From: Terriglobales bacterium
GTDB taxonomy: Bacteria > Acidobacteriota > Terriglobia > Terriglobales > Acidobacteriaceae
NCBI GenBank assembly: GCA_049512675.1
Contig: JBEKWX010000003.1
Span: forward strand, 1 to 42,762
Direction of reading: 5' to 3'
DNA: 42,762 nt
Each line of letters starts with the position of its first letter. The stretch's first letter is position 1. Under the pieces are notes generated by a model that saw nothing but the letters and a program-made list of their open reading frames with translations, was not told the origin of the DNA and ran no database searches. Shown here in pieces: positions 1 to 11,156 of this stretch. The position numbers were made by a program, and so were the translations under genes.

Positions 1-507
1 AGGCGCACTAAACATTCTCTGCGCGAATATGCCATTCTCTTTGCCGGCAAGGGCTTCTACCTCACTTACATGCTTATCTTGCCGGTGATGGTGCTGGGAA
101 AATCGCCTCTGCTGGTCGCCGGGGCGTTCCTCCTGGTCCATTTGATCGTCGGTTTAACCGTAACGCTCGTATTCCAAACGACGCACACCGTCGACAGCAC
201 CTACTTTCCCTCGGATCGTGGCGAGTTTGAAAACGGCGTGTATCACATCTTCGCGACAACGGCCGATTATGCAACCGAAAAGCCGCTTGTCGGTTGGCTC
301 GTGGGCGGGCTTAACCATCACATCGTCCACCACCTGTGCCCTTTCGTGTGCCATACCCACTATGCTGCGCTGACCAGGATCGTGAAGGAGACTGCCGAAG
401 AGTTTGGGGTTTCCTATCGGCAGAACCCCACCATGACCGGGGCAATCCGGCATCATCTGATACTTTTGAAGCAATTGGGAAACCAGGATCAATTTTCGAG
501 TGCCTAA
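1..507 (+). CDS. Membrane fatty-acid desaturase, C-terminal part (5' end outside window)
   Basis: Frame 1 is open from nt 1 up to the listed Met at 70. Carries the third histidine box 'GGLNHHIVHHLCP' and a hydrophobic helix 'LLVAGAFLLVHLIVGLTVTLVF'. Stop TAA at 505-507. Confidence 0.8.
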   Translation, partial: RRTKHSLREYAILFAGKGFYLTYMLILPVMVLGKSPLLVAGAFLLVHLIVGLTVTLVFQTTHTVDSTYFPSDRGEFENGVYHIFATTADYATEKPLVGWLVGGLNHHIVHHLCPFVCHTHYAALTRIVKETAEEFGVSYRQNPTMTGAIRHHLILLKQLGNQDQFSSA

Positions 508-722
508 TTTATGCATATGACTGCGCTATCTATTTCAGGCAGACCGCGTGGGGTCTCCCACAGTTCTGCACCAGCGGCTGGATGGCAACTTCGTGGTGCC
601 GAGGTGTCGGAAATAGTACAGGAAACCGTCGCGGAATACGATGCTCCCTGCTGGCCGCGTCGGACCGAATTGCAGGCGACTACACAGCGTCTCTCTCTCC
701 TGAAGCGCTTGGATAGCGAGGC

Positions 723-2036
723 GTGACCTTGCCGCAAAGCGTGCCCGCCGTCTCCCGATTCCGTTCCTTCCTGGATTCGCGCGCGATGGCCCACAATCCT
801 GTACAGGTTCTCTCGAAGTACACCGCTTCCGGTTCTATTTTGGCGGCGTCAAGGAGGCCATTGTAACCACCAATCCCACCGTCATTCAGCACGTGCTGAA
901 GACGAATGCGGAAAACTACCACAAGTCCGAGATTCAAGTGAAGCGGATGGGCCATTTCCTGGGCAAGGGTCTTCTCACCACTGAGGGGGAGGCCTGGCGC
1001 ACGCAACGGCGCCTCATCCAGACGGGTTTTGACCCTGCGGGACTTCGACAGACAAGCCCGTATCGGACCTGTCGATATCTACCCCCTCATGATGAAGATT
1101 ACCTTCGGAATGGTAGGCAGATCACTGTTTGGCGCCCGCTTGAAAGAGGAAGACGTCGACCGCATCAGCCTGGCCATCTCGACCGTCCAGGAATTTATGG
1201 TGCGCCAAACCATTCAGCCCTACCTGAATCCCTGGTTTGCCGTCTCGGGCGAGCTGCGCAGACATGAGGAAATGCGAACCCGCGCCTTCGGCATTCTGCT
1301 CGACTACATCCAGCGCCGCCGCCAGGAGGCCCCCGGCCATGATCTACTGCAGATCTTGATGGATGCTCGCTACAGCGACGGCGAAGGCATGAGCGATGAG
1401 TTGGTCCTCAGCGAGAGCATGCAACTGCTGGTCGCCGGCCATGAAACGTCGTCGAACGCGTTATCGTGGCTTCTCTACCTGCTAAGCTCGCGTCCGGATT
1501 GTATCGACAGGGTACGGCAGGAGTTCGATTCTGTGCTTGGCGAAAGGCCTCTGACTTACTCCGACGTTCCGAAGTTCGAGTTTACAACTCAGGTGATATT
1601 GGAGGCGCTGCGCCTTTATCCGCCGTTTTGGATGGTCGACCGAACGGCTCTTGCAGACGACCGTGCAGGGGATCTCGCTATACCCCGGGGGGCGACGGTC
1701 ATTGTGTTCATTTACGGCGCGCACCATTCGCCGCAGTACTGGGAGAACCCCGAGAGTTTCGACCAGGAACGCTTCTCCAAAGTGAGGGAGAAGCTTCACA
1801 CGCCCTTCACTCATTTGCCCTTCGGGGCTGGGCCGCGGGGCTGTATCGGCGGCAACTATGCCATGCTGCAGATCCTCATGATTCTGAGTGTTCTGCTCAG
1901 AAAATACGATTTCCGTCTGGTCCCGGGCCAGACAATTGAAGCACGCCCGATGGTGATCTTGCGACCGGAGCACGGAATCCGCATGACCTTCACCGAGGCA
2001 ATCCCACGCGGCGTCGGCAGACGGTTCGACTGTTGA
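723..2036 (+). pseudogene. Cytochrome P450 interrupted by two compensating frameshifts (near 815-830 and 1020-1035)
   Basis: Three collinear pieces. Piece 1 (from GTG 723): 'VTLPQSVPAVSRFRSFLDSRAMAHNPVQVLSKYTA', which runs into TAA at 864-866. Piece 2 (other frame): 'FRFYFGGVKEAIVTTNPTVIQHVLKTNAENYHKSE...GLLTTEGEAWRTQRRLIQTGF'. Piece 3 (1029-2036, original frame) has the I-helix 'LLVAGHETSS', the K-helix 'EALR' and the heme loop 'FGAGPRGCIG'. Summed length is about 438 codons, the size of a normal P450. Confidence 0.75.
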
Positions 2037-2108
2037 CCCTGATCAAGCCTTGGCGCTAACGCACTACTAGCGGTGTCCCAGAAGTAGTTTGGTTGTTCCC
2101 GGGAGTCC

Positions 2109-2867
2109 TCAGTGTCCGATGTCTCCTCGGTGACAGTCAAGACAAAGTCCGCAGTCCTTGCATAGAGGCATGTCCGGATCGGGAGGCATTTTCGGTAATA
2201 GATTGGTGTGATTTGCCCCGTGCGGCCGATGGCAGGAAAGACAAGCAATAGGTGGGGCTTTCGGACCCAGCGCTGTGTTAGGCCCGGAAACAGGGTGACC
2301 TTCGACAGGGTGGTTTGCAGTCAGGGTTGCGTTCAAGTTCAGATACATCCATCCTTGCATTTGGTTGAATGTCAGCGTGATACCCCAAGGCAGCATTACA
2401 GTTTTCTTCCGCGCATTGACCTTCAAACGCGCACGCGCGTGGCATCCGAGGCAGGTGTCTTGATGGGAAACCCAGGTATGAGCCGGGAAGTCGCTGGCGT
2501 GCGGTGAGTGGCAGACGACGCAATCGCCGAGCTTGTAGGGGCGATGCAGTACTTTGTCCTGGGCGATGGAGTGGCAAGCGAGACAGAGTTGGGTGACGGG
2601 GGATACCAGATTGACGTGTGTAACTCCTTTTTCATTCTTGATCTCGTGACATGTCGTGCATCCCATGGACATGGCGCTGTGCACGTACTTCCCCTTGCTG
2701 ATGTCAGCATGGCATTCCGAACACGTCGCCGCATCAGTGTCGGCCGGGAGGGTAACCGGGTGTGCACCGCCGCTAGACCAGACGTCCACTTGCGCAAGGG
2801 CTTCCAAGGGCCAACATACAAAAGCGATCACCGTCAGGTAGACACACCAACCACCCCTATAGCGCAT
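2109..2867 (-). CDS. Secreted heptaheme c-type cytochrome
   Basis: N-terminal signal-like 'CVYLTVIAFVCWPLEALAQ'. Seven CXXCH motifs: CSECH, CTTCH, CLACH, CVVCH, CLGCH, CLSCH, CLDCH, all within 252 aa. Confidence 0.85.
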   Translation of the reverse strand: MRYRGGWCVYLTVIAFVCWPLEALAQVDVWSSGGAHPVTLPADTDAATCSECHADISKGKYVHSAMSMGCTTCHEIKNEKGVTHVNLVSPVTQLCLACHSIAQDKVLHRPYKLGDCVVCHSPHASDFPAHTWVSHQDTCLGCHARARLKVNARKKTVMLPWGITLTFNQMQGWMYLNLNATLTANHPVEGHPVSGPNTALGPKAPPIACLSCHRPHGANHTNLLPKMPPDPDMPLCKDCGLCLDCHRGDIGH

Positions 2868-2961
2868 AGAGATGACCTCTGAAGCTTGTGTGTGAGCTGG
2901 GATTTCCTTTTTGGATTCCCAAGCGAGCTGGCATTCTACACCCAGTTGCCGCCTTTCGCGG

Positions 2962-4410
2962 TCAAAAGTGGAAAATCAGATCGCTCGCCACTGTAAGCTG
3001 AGTATGCCGTCGGCCGCTGTCGTAAGCCTTCTGGTCCCAGGCGCGCTCGAAACGCAATTCCGGACGCAGCTGAACCGTTGTGCCGATCCAATGACACCAC
3101 ATGATCGTGTTCTCTGAGTATTTGGTCGCATAGCCCGTACGTTGACCTTTTTTATCGTCGAGAAAGTCGCTGCGAAACGACAGGAAGTCATGCGGTGAGA
3201 GTTCCTTCTGCAGGAAATTGACCATGGCATATTCGGGAGCGGTGCAACGCTGTTCCCCGGTCAGGCAGTACGCGGCATTCGCGCCTGTTTCCGGCTGAAT
3301 CTTGCCCCCCAGAGCAGGCACGTCGCGCTCATACATATACCAGGACTCGGTTGCCATATGCACCGTCTTCGAGAACTTGTGATACCAGGTGGCGTCATAC
3401 TGCTGCAGATTGTTGTAGGCGTACTTGCCGTCATTGATTCCGTTGGCGCAGATGTAAAAATTGTCGTTTACAGAAGTGGTCGTATAGCTCAGGCAGGCCG
3501 TACCGGAAGGCTTCGCATCCGGCGTCCACGGGGCAACGTCGTGGCCGGCGGTAATGCCTAGTTGCACCAGCCACTGGTCGTTCAGCTTTACCGTTGCCAT
3601 CAATCCTGTGTCGGTAAACGGGTCAATCGCATACAGCAGCGAGTGGCTGAAGATGTAGTTGTTGGGCGCCAATTGGGCCTCGATCCCAGGCACGGAGATG
3701 AAGCGACCTACCCTCAGATTCATGCCCTGCGCAACTTGCGGAATGTAAACATCGACATATTCAAGGGTAGGATCAAAGCCGTATTGACGATGATCGTTCA
3801 GCAATTGGCTGCTCAGGTAGCCCTTCGCGATGGTAAAGCGATAATCCGTGCCGTAAAGGGCCGTAAGGTGGTAGCCCCAGTCGATATGATCGCGTTGCAC
3901 CGAATCTGGCAGCCGCTCGGCGTAGAGAACAAATTGGTTCATCTCAAAGCGATTTGAGTAGACATCGTTCGCCTCTGGCGCATTGCGATCTGCGGAGGTG
4001 CTGAAGTTTAGCGTCGGATCGATCCATCCATAGAGCTTCGTCCGGCTTCTAGCCTGGTTGATGGCAGTCATCAGCGGATAGCTGTTCGTGTCCGGCTCCC
4101 CAATCACCGGCGAACCGCCATACGACCAATCCGCATTGGGGAATGGCGGCGAATCCAGTGGCGACGGAAGCCCGCGTCGCGCTGGGGCTGGCGAGGAAGC
4201 AGTTGTCCCCCACCAGTCCTGGCGATAAAACTCCGCCCAGCGGGCAAAGAAGCTCTTCGACTCGGCGATGCCCGGCTTCGGCGCGTCAGGTGACGGATGG
4301 TTCTCTCTATCCGCCTGTTGCCCCGGAGAGAGTGCACACGATAAGAACACGACGCATACCATTAGGGGGAAGAAGTATTGACAGCGGCGTGAATTATTCC
4401 TCGGGCGCAT
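2962..4410 (-). CDS. Outer-membrane beta-barrel porin (OmpL-like / beta-barrel porin-2 type)
   Basis: Signal peptide 'FFPLMVCVVFLSCALSPGQQ'. Alternating aromatic/hydrophilic strands such as 'GMNLRVGRFISVPGIEAQ' and 'WLVQLGITAGHDVAPW'. C-terminal 'LIFHF' ends in the aromatic residue typical of OM barrels. Lies directly upstream of the heptaheme cytochrome on the same strand. Confidence 0.7.
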   Translation of the reverse strand: MRPRNNSRRCQYFFPLMVCVVFLSCALSPGQQADRENHPSPDAPKPGIAESKSFFARWAEFYRQDWWGTTASSPAPARRGLPSPLDSPPFPNADWSYGGSPVIGEPDTNSYPLMTAINQARSRTKLYGWIDPTLNFSTSADRNAPEANDVYSNRFEMNQFVLYAERLPDSVQRDHIDWGYHLTALYGTDYRFTIAKGYLSSQLLNDHRQYGFDPTLEYVDVYIPQVAQGMNLRVGRFISVPGIEAQLAPNNYIFSHSLLYAIDPFTDTGLMATVKLNDQWLVQLGITAGHDVAPWTPDAKPSGTACLSYTTTSVNDNFYICANGINDGKYAYNNLQQYDATWYHKFSKTVHMATESWYMYERDVPALGGKIQPETGANAAYCLTGEQRCTAPEYAMVNFLQKELSPHDFLSFRSDFLDDKKGQRTGYATKYSENTIMWCHWIGTTVQLRPELRFERAWDQKAYDSGRRHTQLTVASDLIFHF

Positions 4411-4553
4411 TGAAATGGCGTGCCACCCAAGTCTACAAGCCCCGCTCCAATACTTGCTCGCGCGTGCGGAAGTAAGTGGGTGTCTGTTTCTCCCCGGCGT
4501 CGATCATGACCTGACCGATCTTTTGTACCAAGTGGCACCACGCCCTGTGCTAG

Positions 4554-4582
4554 TTGACACGGACCTCTCCCTTGCATACAGT
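4554..4582 (+). promoter_or_regulatory. Candidate sigma-70-type promoter for the pca operon
   Basis: TTGACA (4554-4559), 17-nt spacer, TACAGT (4577-4582), about 36 nt upstream of the pcaH ATG. Sits in the 207-bp divergent region between porin and pcaH. Sequence pattern only. Confidence 0.3.
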
Positions 4583-4617
4583 CTGTGGGTTCAAGAGCAA
4601 CGACAAGGACAATAAGC

Positions 4618-5322
4618 ATGAAACGGATTGCAGCTTATCGCGCACCGTATCCGGGAACACAGCCGAATCATCTGCATCCGCCGTATGTGTCTTCGATCAA
4701 GCGCGCACCCACGAAACCGCAGGTACGGATTCCCTACACCTTGTCCGAGGTCACGGGGCCATCATTTGGAGCCGAAATCGTCGCGCCCAAGGCTAGCGAT
4801 TTGACAATCGGGCACCATGGAGAACCGCTCGGCGAGCGGATCATTGTGAGCGGTCGCGTGCTCGACGAAAACAGCCGTCCCCTGGCGAACACGCTGGTTG
4901 AAATCTGGCAGGCGAATGCGGCGGGCCGCTACCGGCACGAAGTCGATCAGCATAAGGCGCCGCTGGATCCGAACTTCACCGGGTGCGGACAAGCTGTCAC
5001 CGACGCTGAGGGCCGATATCGCTTCGTCACCATTCGTCCGGGCGAGTATCCGTGGCGCAATCACTACAATGCCTGGCGGCCGGCGCACATTCATTTTTCT
5101 CTTTTCGGTCCGGCATTTGCCACGCGCCTGGTGACGCAGATGTACTTTCCTGGCGATCCGCTGATTCCGTTTGATCCGATCTTCAACTGTACAGCGGATG
5201 AGAAAGCCCGCAACCGGCTGATCTCCCTGTTCGACTGGGAAAGCACCATGCCGGAACACGCGCTAGGGTACAGATTCGATCTCATCTTGCGGGGACGCGA
5301 AGCCACGCCGATGGAGGACTAA
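4618..5322 (+). CDS. pcaH: Protocatechuate 3,4-dioxygenase beta subunit
   Basis: 'MKRIAAYRAPYPGTQP...' and intradiol dioxygenase core 'YNAWRPAHIHFSLFG...QMYFPGDP'. ATG 4618 is preceded by AAGGA at 4604-4608. The ORF-track start at 4585 is probably an over-extension. Confidence 0.9.
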   Translation: MKRIAAYRAPYPGTQPNHLHPPYVSSIKRAPTKPQVRIPYTLSEVTGPSFGAEIVAPKASDLTIGHHGEPLGERIIVSGRVLDENSRPLANTLVEIWQANAAGRYRHEVDQHKAPLDPNFTGCGQAVTDAEGRYRFVTIRPGEYPWRNHYNAWRPAHIHFSLFGPAFATRLVTQMYFPGDPLIPFDPIFNCTADEKARNRLISLFDWESTMPEHALGYRFDLILRGREATPMED

Positions 5323-5898
5323 ATGAGCTTGCAGGCAACCACCTCGCAGACGGTCGGGCCGTATTTCAAGATTGGCCTCCAGTGGCTGAACCGTGACAAC
5401 CTGGTTGGCGAAGGTGTCTCCGGCGAGCGCGTCACTATTCAAGGGCGAGTTTTCGACGGCGACGGAACTCCGGTGCCGGATGCGATTCTGGAAATCTGGC
5501 AGGCCAACGCGCACGGGAAATATGACCATCCAGAAGACACGCAGAACAAGCCGCTGGAGCCTGGTTTCAAAGGATACGGGCGTGTGCCGGTGAGCGCAGA
5601 GGGAGTGTTTCGTTTTGCCACGATCAAGCCGGGGCCGGTGCCTGACCCGAACGGAAAGGAGCAGGCTCCGCATCTGGTCGTCTCGGTGTTCATGCGCGGA
5701 GTGCTGCGGCGACTGGTCACGCGAATTTATTTCCCCGATGAACCGCGCAATGCCGCTGACTTTATTCTCAATCTGGTGGAACCGGCGCGGCGACCGACTT
5801 TAATCGCGAAGAAGACCGCTGGCGGTCCCGGGACGTTGGAATGGAATGTTGTTTTGCAAGGACCGAACGAAACGGTATTCTTCGACTTGGGATTGTGA
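5323..5898 (+). CDS. pcaG: Protocatechuate 3,4-dioxygenase alpha subunit
   Basis: 'TTSQTVGPYFKIGL', 'ILEIWQANAHGKY', 'RIYFPDEP'. The ATG directly abuts the pcaH stop (TAAATG at 5320-5325). Confidence 0.9.
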   Translation: MSLQATTSQTVGPYFKIGLQWLNRDNLVGEGVSGERVTIQGRVFDGDGTPVPDAILEIWQANAHGKYDHPEDTQNKPLEPGFKGYGRVPVSAEGVFRFATIKPGPVPDPNGKEQAPHLVVSVFMRGVLRRLVTRIYFPDEPRNAADFILNLVEPARRPTLIAKKTAGGPGTLEWNVVLQGPNETVFFDLGL

Positions 5899-5907
5899 CC
5901 CACCTGA

Positions 5908-7248
5908 ATGGCCTTGCTAGATCCACTGTTCGGCTCAGCGGCAATGGACGAAGTCTTCTCGGACGCCGCACGTCTCCAGGGCATGCTGGACTTCGAGGCC
6001 GCGCTGGCGCGAGCTGAGGCCCGCTATGGTGTGATCCCCGCTGCCGCGGCTCCCGCGATCGCTTCGAAGTGCAGGGCGGAGCTGATCGACGCCAACGCAC
6101 TCTCCACTGCGACCGCCGTTTCGCTCAATCCCGCGATTCCGCTGGTCAAGCAACTCACAGCGCTGGTCGCGAAAGACGATGCTGAGGCTGCGCGGTTCGT
6201 TCACTGGGGCGCAACCAGCCAAGACGCGAACGATACCGGCCTGGTTCTGCAGATCCGGCAAGCTCTCGACATACTTGAAGCTGATCTGGCTGCCCTTTGC
6301 AGGGGCCTGGCCGAACTGGCCCAGAAACACCGTTGCACGCCAATCGCCGGTCGCACGCTCATGCAGCATGCTCTGCCTACGACTTTTGGTGTCAAGGTCG
6401 CCGGTTGGCTGGACGCCATGAACCGCCACCGCGAGCGCTTCGCGGAAACCCGGGCTCGGGTGCTGGTCTTGCAGTTTGGCGGCGCGGTTGGAACGCTGGC
6501 GGCTCTACGAGAAAAAGGATTGCAGGTGGCCGAAGCGTTGGCGGCAGAACTCCATCTCGGGCTACCCACCGTGCCCTGGCATACTCAGCGCGACCGGGTT
6601 GCGGAAGCGGCAACCACACTAGGCCTCTGCACCGGCACCTTAGGCAAGATTGCCCGCGATATTTCTCTGCACATGCAAACCGAGATCGGGGAAGTTTTCG
6701 AACCCGCGGGCGAGGGCCGCGGCGTTTCCTCGACGATGCCGCACAAGCGCAACCCCGTCAGTGCCGCAATAGTGTTGGCGGCAGCGACGCGGGTTCCCGG
6801 CCTCGTCAGCACCATGCTGAGCGCCATGGTACAGGAAGATGAGCGCGGCCTTGGCAATTGGCACGCAGAATGGGAGACGCTCCCGGAAATCTTCCGTCTG
6901 ACTGCCGGAGCGCTCCATCAAATGGTGACGAGTGTTCCTCATCTCGAAATCGACGCGGCGCGCATGAGGCGCAATCTCGACGCGACGCACGGTCTGATTT
7001 TTGCCGAAGCCGTCACCATGGCCATGGGAAAACATATCGGCAAATCCGCCGCTCATGCATTGGTGGAGGCGGCGAGCCGGCAGGCGCGCGAGTCGGGTAA
7101 GCATCTCCACGAAGTGCTGACTCAAAACCAAACCGTAACCGAGCGTCTTACTGCAGCGGAGTTGAATAGCCTTTTCGCTCCGGAGAACTACCTGGGCCTC
7201 GCCGAAGAACTGGTGGACCGTGTCATCGATGCCAGCCGCAAGCAATGA
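5908..7248 (+). CDS. pcaB: 3-carboxy-cis,cis-muconate cycloisomerase
   Basis: Fumarate-lyase superfamily signature 'GVSSTMPHKRNPV'. Length 446 aa. Positioned between pcaG and pcaD. Confidence 0.9.
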   Translation: MALLDPLFGSAAMDEVFSDAARLQGMLDFEAALARAEARYGVIPAAAAPAIASKCRAELIDANALSTATAVSLNPAIPLVKQLTALVAKDDAEAARFVHWGATSQDANDTGLVLQIRQALDILEADLAALCRGLAELAQKHRCTPIAGRTLMQHALPTTFGVKVAGWLDAMNRHRERFAETRARVLVLQFGGAVGTLAALREKGLQVAEALAAELHLGLPTVPWHTQRDRVAEAATTLGLCTGTLGKIARDISLHMQTEIGEVFEPAGEGRGVSSTMPHKRNPVSAAIVLAAATRVPGLVSTMLSAMVQEDERGLGNWHAEWETLPEIFRLTAGALHQMVTSVPHLEIDAARMRRNLDATHGLIFAEAVTMAMGKHIGKSAAHALVEAASRQARESGKHLHEVLTQNQTVTERLTAAELNSLFAPENYLGLAEELVDRVIDASRKQ

Positions 7249-7278
7249 CAGTGATAGTCATCGCTGGAAGGGCAAGCC

Positions 7279-8055
7279 ATGCCGTTTGTCAATGTTGGAG
7301 AACTGAAGACGCATTACGCGCTCACGGGTGACAAGGAGCCCGTGCTGGTGTTTTCCAATTCTCTTGGCACCGATTTCTCCATGTGGGATCCGCAGATGGC
7401 GGAACTGCAACGGCGTTTCCGCATCCTGCGTTACGACACTCGTGGGCACGGACAGTCTTCGGTAACACCAGGCGATTACACAATCGAGCAACTGGGCCGC
7501 GACGCGCTCGGCCTGCTGGATTCGCTTCACCTCGAATGCGTGCATTTTTGCGGGCTCTCGATGGGCGGCATGATCGGCATGTGGCTGGGAGTTCATGCGC
7601 CCAACAGGCTTCATCGTCTGGTGCTCTCGAACACTGCGGCACGGATCGGCACAAAAGAGATGTGGAACGCGCGCATCGCAACCGCACGCAAGGGTGGAAT
7701 GAAGCCCGTTGCTGCCGCGGTCATCGAGCGCTGGTTTACGCCCGGGTTTCGCGCATCGTTCGCGGAAACGGTTGCCCGGGCACAGCGAATGATCGAGAAC
7801 TCGCCGCCAGAGGGTTATGCCGCCTGTTGTGCCGCAATCCGCGATATGGATCAGCGCGAAGCGGTTGCGCAGATCAAGGCCCCAACGCTAGTGATCTACG
7901 GCGGACGCGACCCGGTCACACCCGGCTCCGACGCTCAGTTCCTCACCGACCGAATCCGGGGAGCTGTAAAGGTTGAACTCGCCGCCGCTCACCTCTCGAA
8001 CGTCGAGCAGGCCGACGCGTTCACGGAGGCTGTGAGCAACTTCCTTGCTAGGTAA
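7279..8055 (+). CDS. pcaD: 3-oxoadipate enol-lactonase (alpha/beta hydrolase)
   Basis: Nucleophile elbow 'FCGLSMGGMIG', 'RYDTRGHGQS', 258 aa, pca context. Confidence 0.85.
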   Translation: MPFVNVGELKTHYALTGDKEPVLVFSNSLGTDFSMWDPQMAELQRRFRILRYDTRGHGQSSVTPGDYTIEQLGRDALGLLDSLHLECVHFCGLSMGGMIGMWLGVHAPNRLHRLVLSNTAARIGTKEMWNARIATARKGGMKPVAAAVIERWFTPGFRASFAETVARAQRMIENSPPEGYAACCAAIRDMDQREAVAQIKAPTLVIYGGRDPVTPGSDAQFLTDRIRGAVKVELAAAHLSNVEQADAFTEAVSNFLAR

Positions 8056-8070
8056 GGCGATGGACTATTT

Positions 8071-8496
8071 ATGACGCCAATGAATGACACCAAGCGCTAC
8101 AAGCAAGGCATGAAAATCCGGCGTGCTGTCCTCGGCGATGAGCACGTGGACCGGGCCGCCGCCACCACAACAGACTTCAACCGCGATTTCCAGGACTTCA
8201 TCACTCGCAACGCCTGGGGCGAGATATGGGCGCGCCCCGGCCTTCCCCGCCATACTCGCAGCCTGCTGACACTGGCGATGATGGTCGCCTTGAATCGTGG
8301 TGACGAATTCCGCTTGCATGTAAAAGGCGCCTTTAACAATGGCGTCACCCGCGACCAGATCAAAGAGGTCCTGCTGCAATCCGCCATCTATTGCGGCGTG
8401 CCGGCGGCGAACTCCGCCTTTCACATCGCAGCCGACGTTTTCAAAGAGATGGACGACAAAACCAAGACAAGCTCCAAGAAGAGGAAACGGTCATGA
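8071..8496 (+). CDS. pcaC: 4-carboxymuconolactone decarboxylase
   Basis: Carboxymuconolactone-decarboxylase-type 'FITRNAWGEIWARPGLPRHTRSLLTLAMMVALNR'. 141 aa. Follows pcaD. Confidence 0.85.
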   Translation: MTPMNDTKRYKQGMKIRRAVLGDEHVDRAAATTTDFNRDFQDFITRNAWGEIWARPGLPRHTRSLLTLAMMVALNRGDEFRLHVKGAFNNGVTRDQIKEVLLQSAIYCGVPAANSAFHIAADVFKEMDDKTKTSSKKRKRS

Positions 8497-9944
8497 CTGA
8501 AGTACAGCTTCTTATCGGTGATCGTGACGCCGCCGCGACAGGTGCGGCAACGTTTGTCCGGCAAAACCCGATTTCGGGCGAAATCGCCACACGCGCAGCC
8601 GCCGCCGGCGCCGATGATGCGATCGCAGCCGCTGAGGCGGCCGCTGAGGCCTTCCCTGCCTGGTCTGCTCTCGGCCCTCACGAACGGCGCAGGAAGCTCT
8701 TGCGCGCCGCTGACTTGCTCGAAGCCCGCACGCCCGATTTTATCTCCGTCATGATGGACGAGATCGGCGCCACGGCCGGATGGGCGGGTTTCAACGTTCA
8801 CCTCGCGGCCCAGATGCTGCGTGAAGCGGCATCGATGACCACCCAAGTTTCAGGCGAGGTCATTCCCTCCGAGATTCCGGGGAGCCTCGCGTTCTCCATC
8901 CGGCAACCGGTGGGCGTTGTCCTCGGAATCGCCCCCTGGAACGCTCCCGTCATTCTCGGAGTACGCGCGATCGCCATGCCACTCGCGTGCGGCAACACTG
9001 TGGTGCTGAAAGCGTCGGAGGTCTGTCCCGCCACGCATCGCCTGATTGGAACGGTCCTCCGCGAAGCTGGGCTGGATCACGGAGTCGTCAACGTCTTGAC
9101 TCACGATGCTGCCAGCGCGTCGACCATTGTTGAAACCCTTATCGCTCATCGCGCCGTGCGTCGCGTGAACTTCACCGGCTCCACGCGTGTGGGAAAGATT
9201 CTTGCCGTTACTGCGGCGAAACATCTGAAACCGATTCTCCTCGAGCTGGGAGGCAAAGCTCCGCTCATCATTCTTGACGATGCCGACCTCGATGCTGCCG
9301 TGGATGCCGCTGCCTTCGGCGCATTCATGAACCAGGGCCAGATCTGCATGTCCACGGAACGCATCATTATTGATGAAAAAGTGGCGGACGCCTTCGCGCA
9401 GAAATTCGTGGCCAAGGTGAAGGCTCTCCCTTGCGGCGATCCGCGAAAAGGTGACGTTGTCCTCGGCGCTGTCGTCGGCATGCCCACGATAGATCGAGTA
9501 CGCGCGCTTGTGAAAGATGCGGTGTCTCGCGGCGCAACAGTTCTTCTGAGCGGTGACCCGCAAGGCACGATCATGCCAGCCGTGATCGTCGACCACGTCA
9601 CTCCCGAAATGCAGATTTTCCGCGAAGAGTCCTTTGGACCCTCGGTTTCCATCACCCGCTTCAAAACCTTGGAAGAAGCGATCACACTGGCAAACGACAC
9701 AGAGTACGGACTCTCGTCCGCGGTCTTCGGCCGCGACATTGCCCGCGCCGTGGAAGTCGCCAAGCGGATCGACTCTGGAATGTGCCACGTGAACGGACCG
9801 ACTGTGCACGACGAGGCGCAGATGCCTTTCGGCGGTGTGAAGGCCAGCGGCTACGGCCGTTTTGGAGGAAAGGCGGCAGTTAATGAATTCACCGAGCTGC
9901 GCTGGATCACAATCCAGACAACACCTCGGCATTATCCTTTCTAG
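8493..9944 (+). CDS. NAD(P)+-dependent aldehyde dehydrogenase. From context it may act on an aromatic aldehyde such as 4-hydroxybenzaldehyde or vanillin (inference).
   Basis: 'ELGGKAPLIILDDADLD' and catalytic Cys region 'FMNQGQICMSTERII'. ATG 8493 overlaps the pcaC stop (ATGA at 8493-8496). The ORF-track start at 8391 lies inside pcaC. Confidence 0.85.
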   Translation: MTEVQLLIGDRDAAATGAATFVRQNPISGEIATRAAAAGADDAIAAAEAAAEAFPAWSALGPHERRRKLLRAADLLEARTPDFISVMMDEIGATAGWAGFNVHLAAQMLREAASMTTQVSGEVIPSEIPGSLAFSIRQPVGVVLGIAPWNAPVILGVRAIAMPLACGNTVVLKASEVCPATHRLIGTVLREAGLDHGVVNVLTHDAASASTIVETLIAHRAVRRVNFTGSTRVGKILAVTAAKHLKPILLELGGKAPLIILDDADLDAAVDAAAFGAFMNQGQICMSTERIIIDEKVADAFAQKFVAKVKALPCGDPRKGDVVLGAVVGMPTIDRVRALVKDAVSRGATVLLSGDPQGTIMPAVIVDHVTPEMQIFREESFGPSVSITRFKTLEEAITLANDTEYGLSSAVFGRDIARAVEVAKRIDSGMCHVNGPTVHDEAQMPFGGVKASGYGRFGGKAAVNEFTELRWITIQTTPRHYPF

Positions 9945-11138
<1,194 letters not shown>

Positions 11139-11156
11139 GGCCTGCTAGTTGCTCGG

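Noticed and set aside
511-726. 71-aa ORF filling the desaturase-P450 gap, whose stop overlaps the proposed P450 GTG start (GTGA at 723-726)
   Set aside because: It has no recognisable motif, unremarkable codon usage and no clear RBS. It cannot be supported as coding from sequence alone. The spacing is noted in case it is a small conserved protein.
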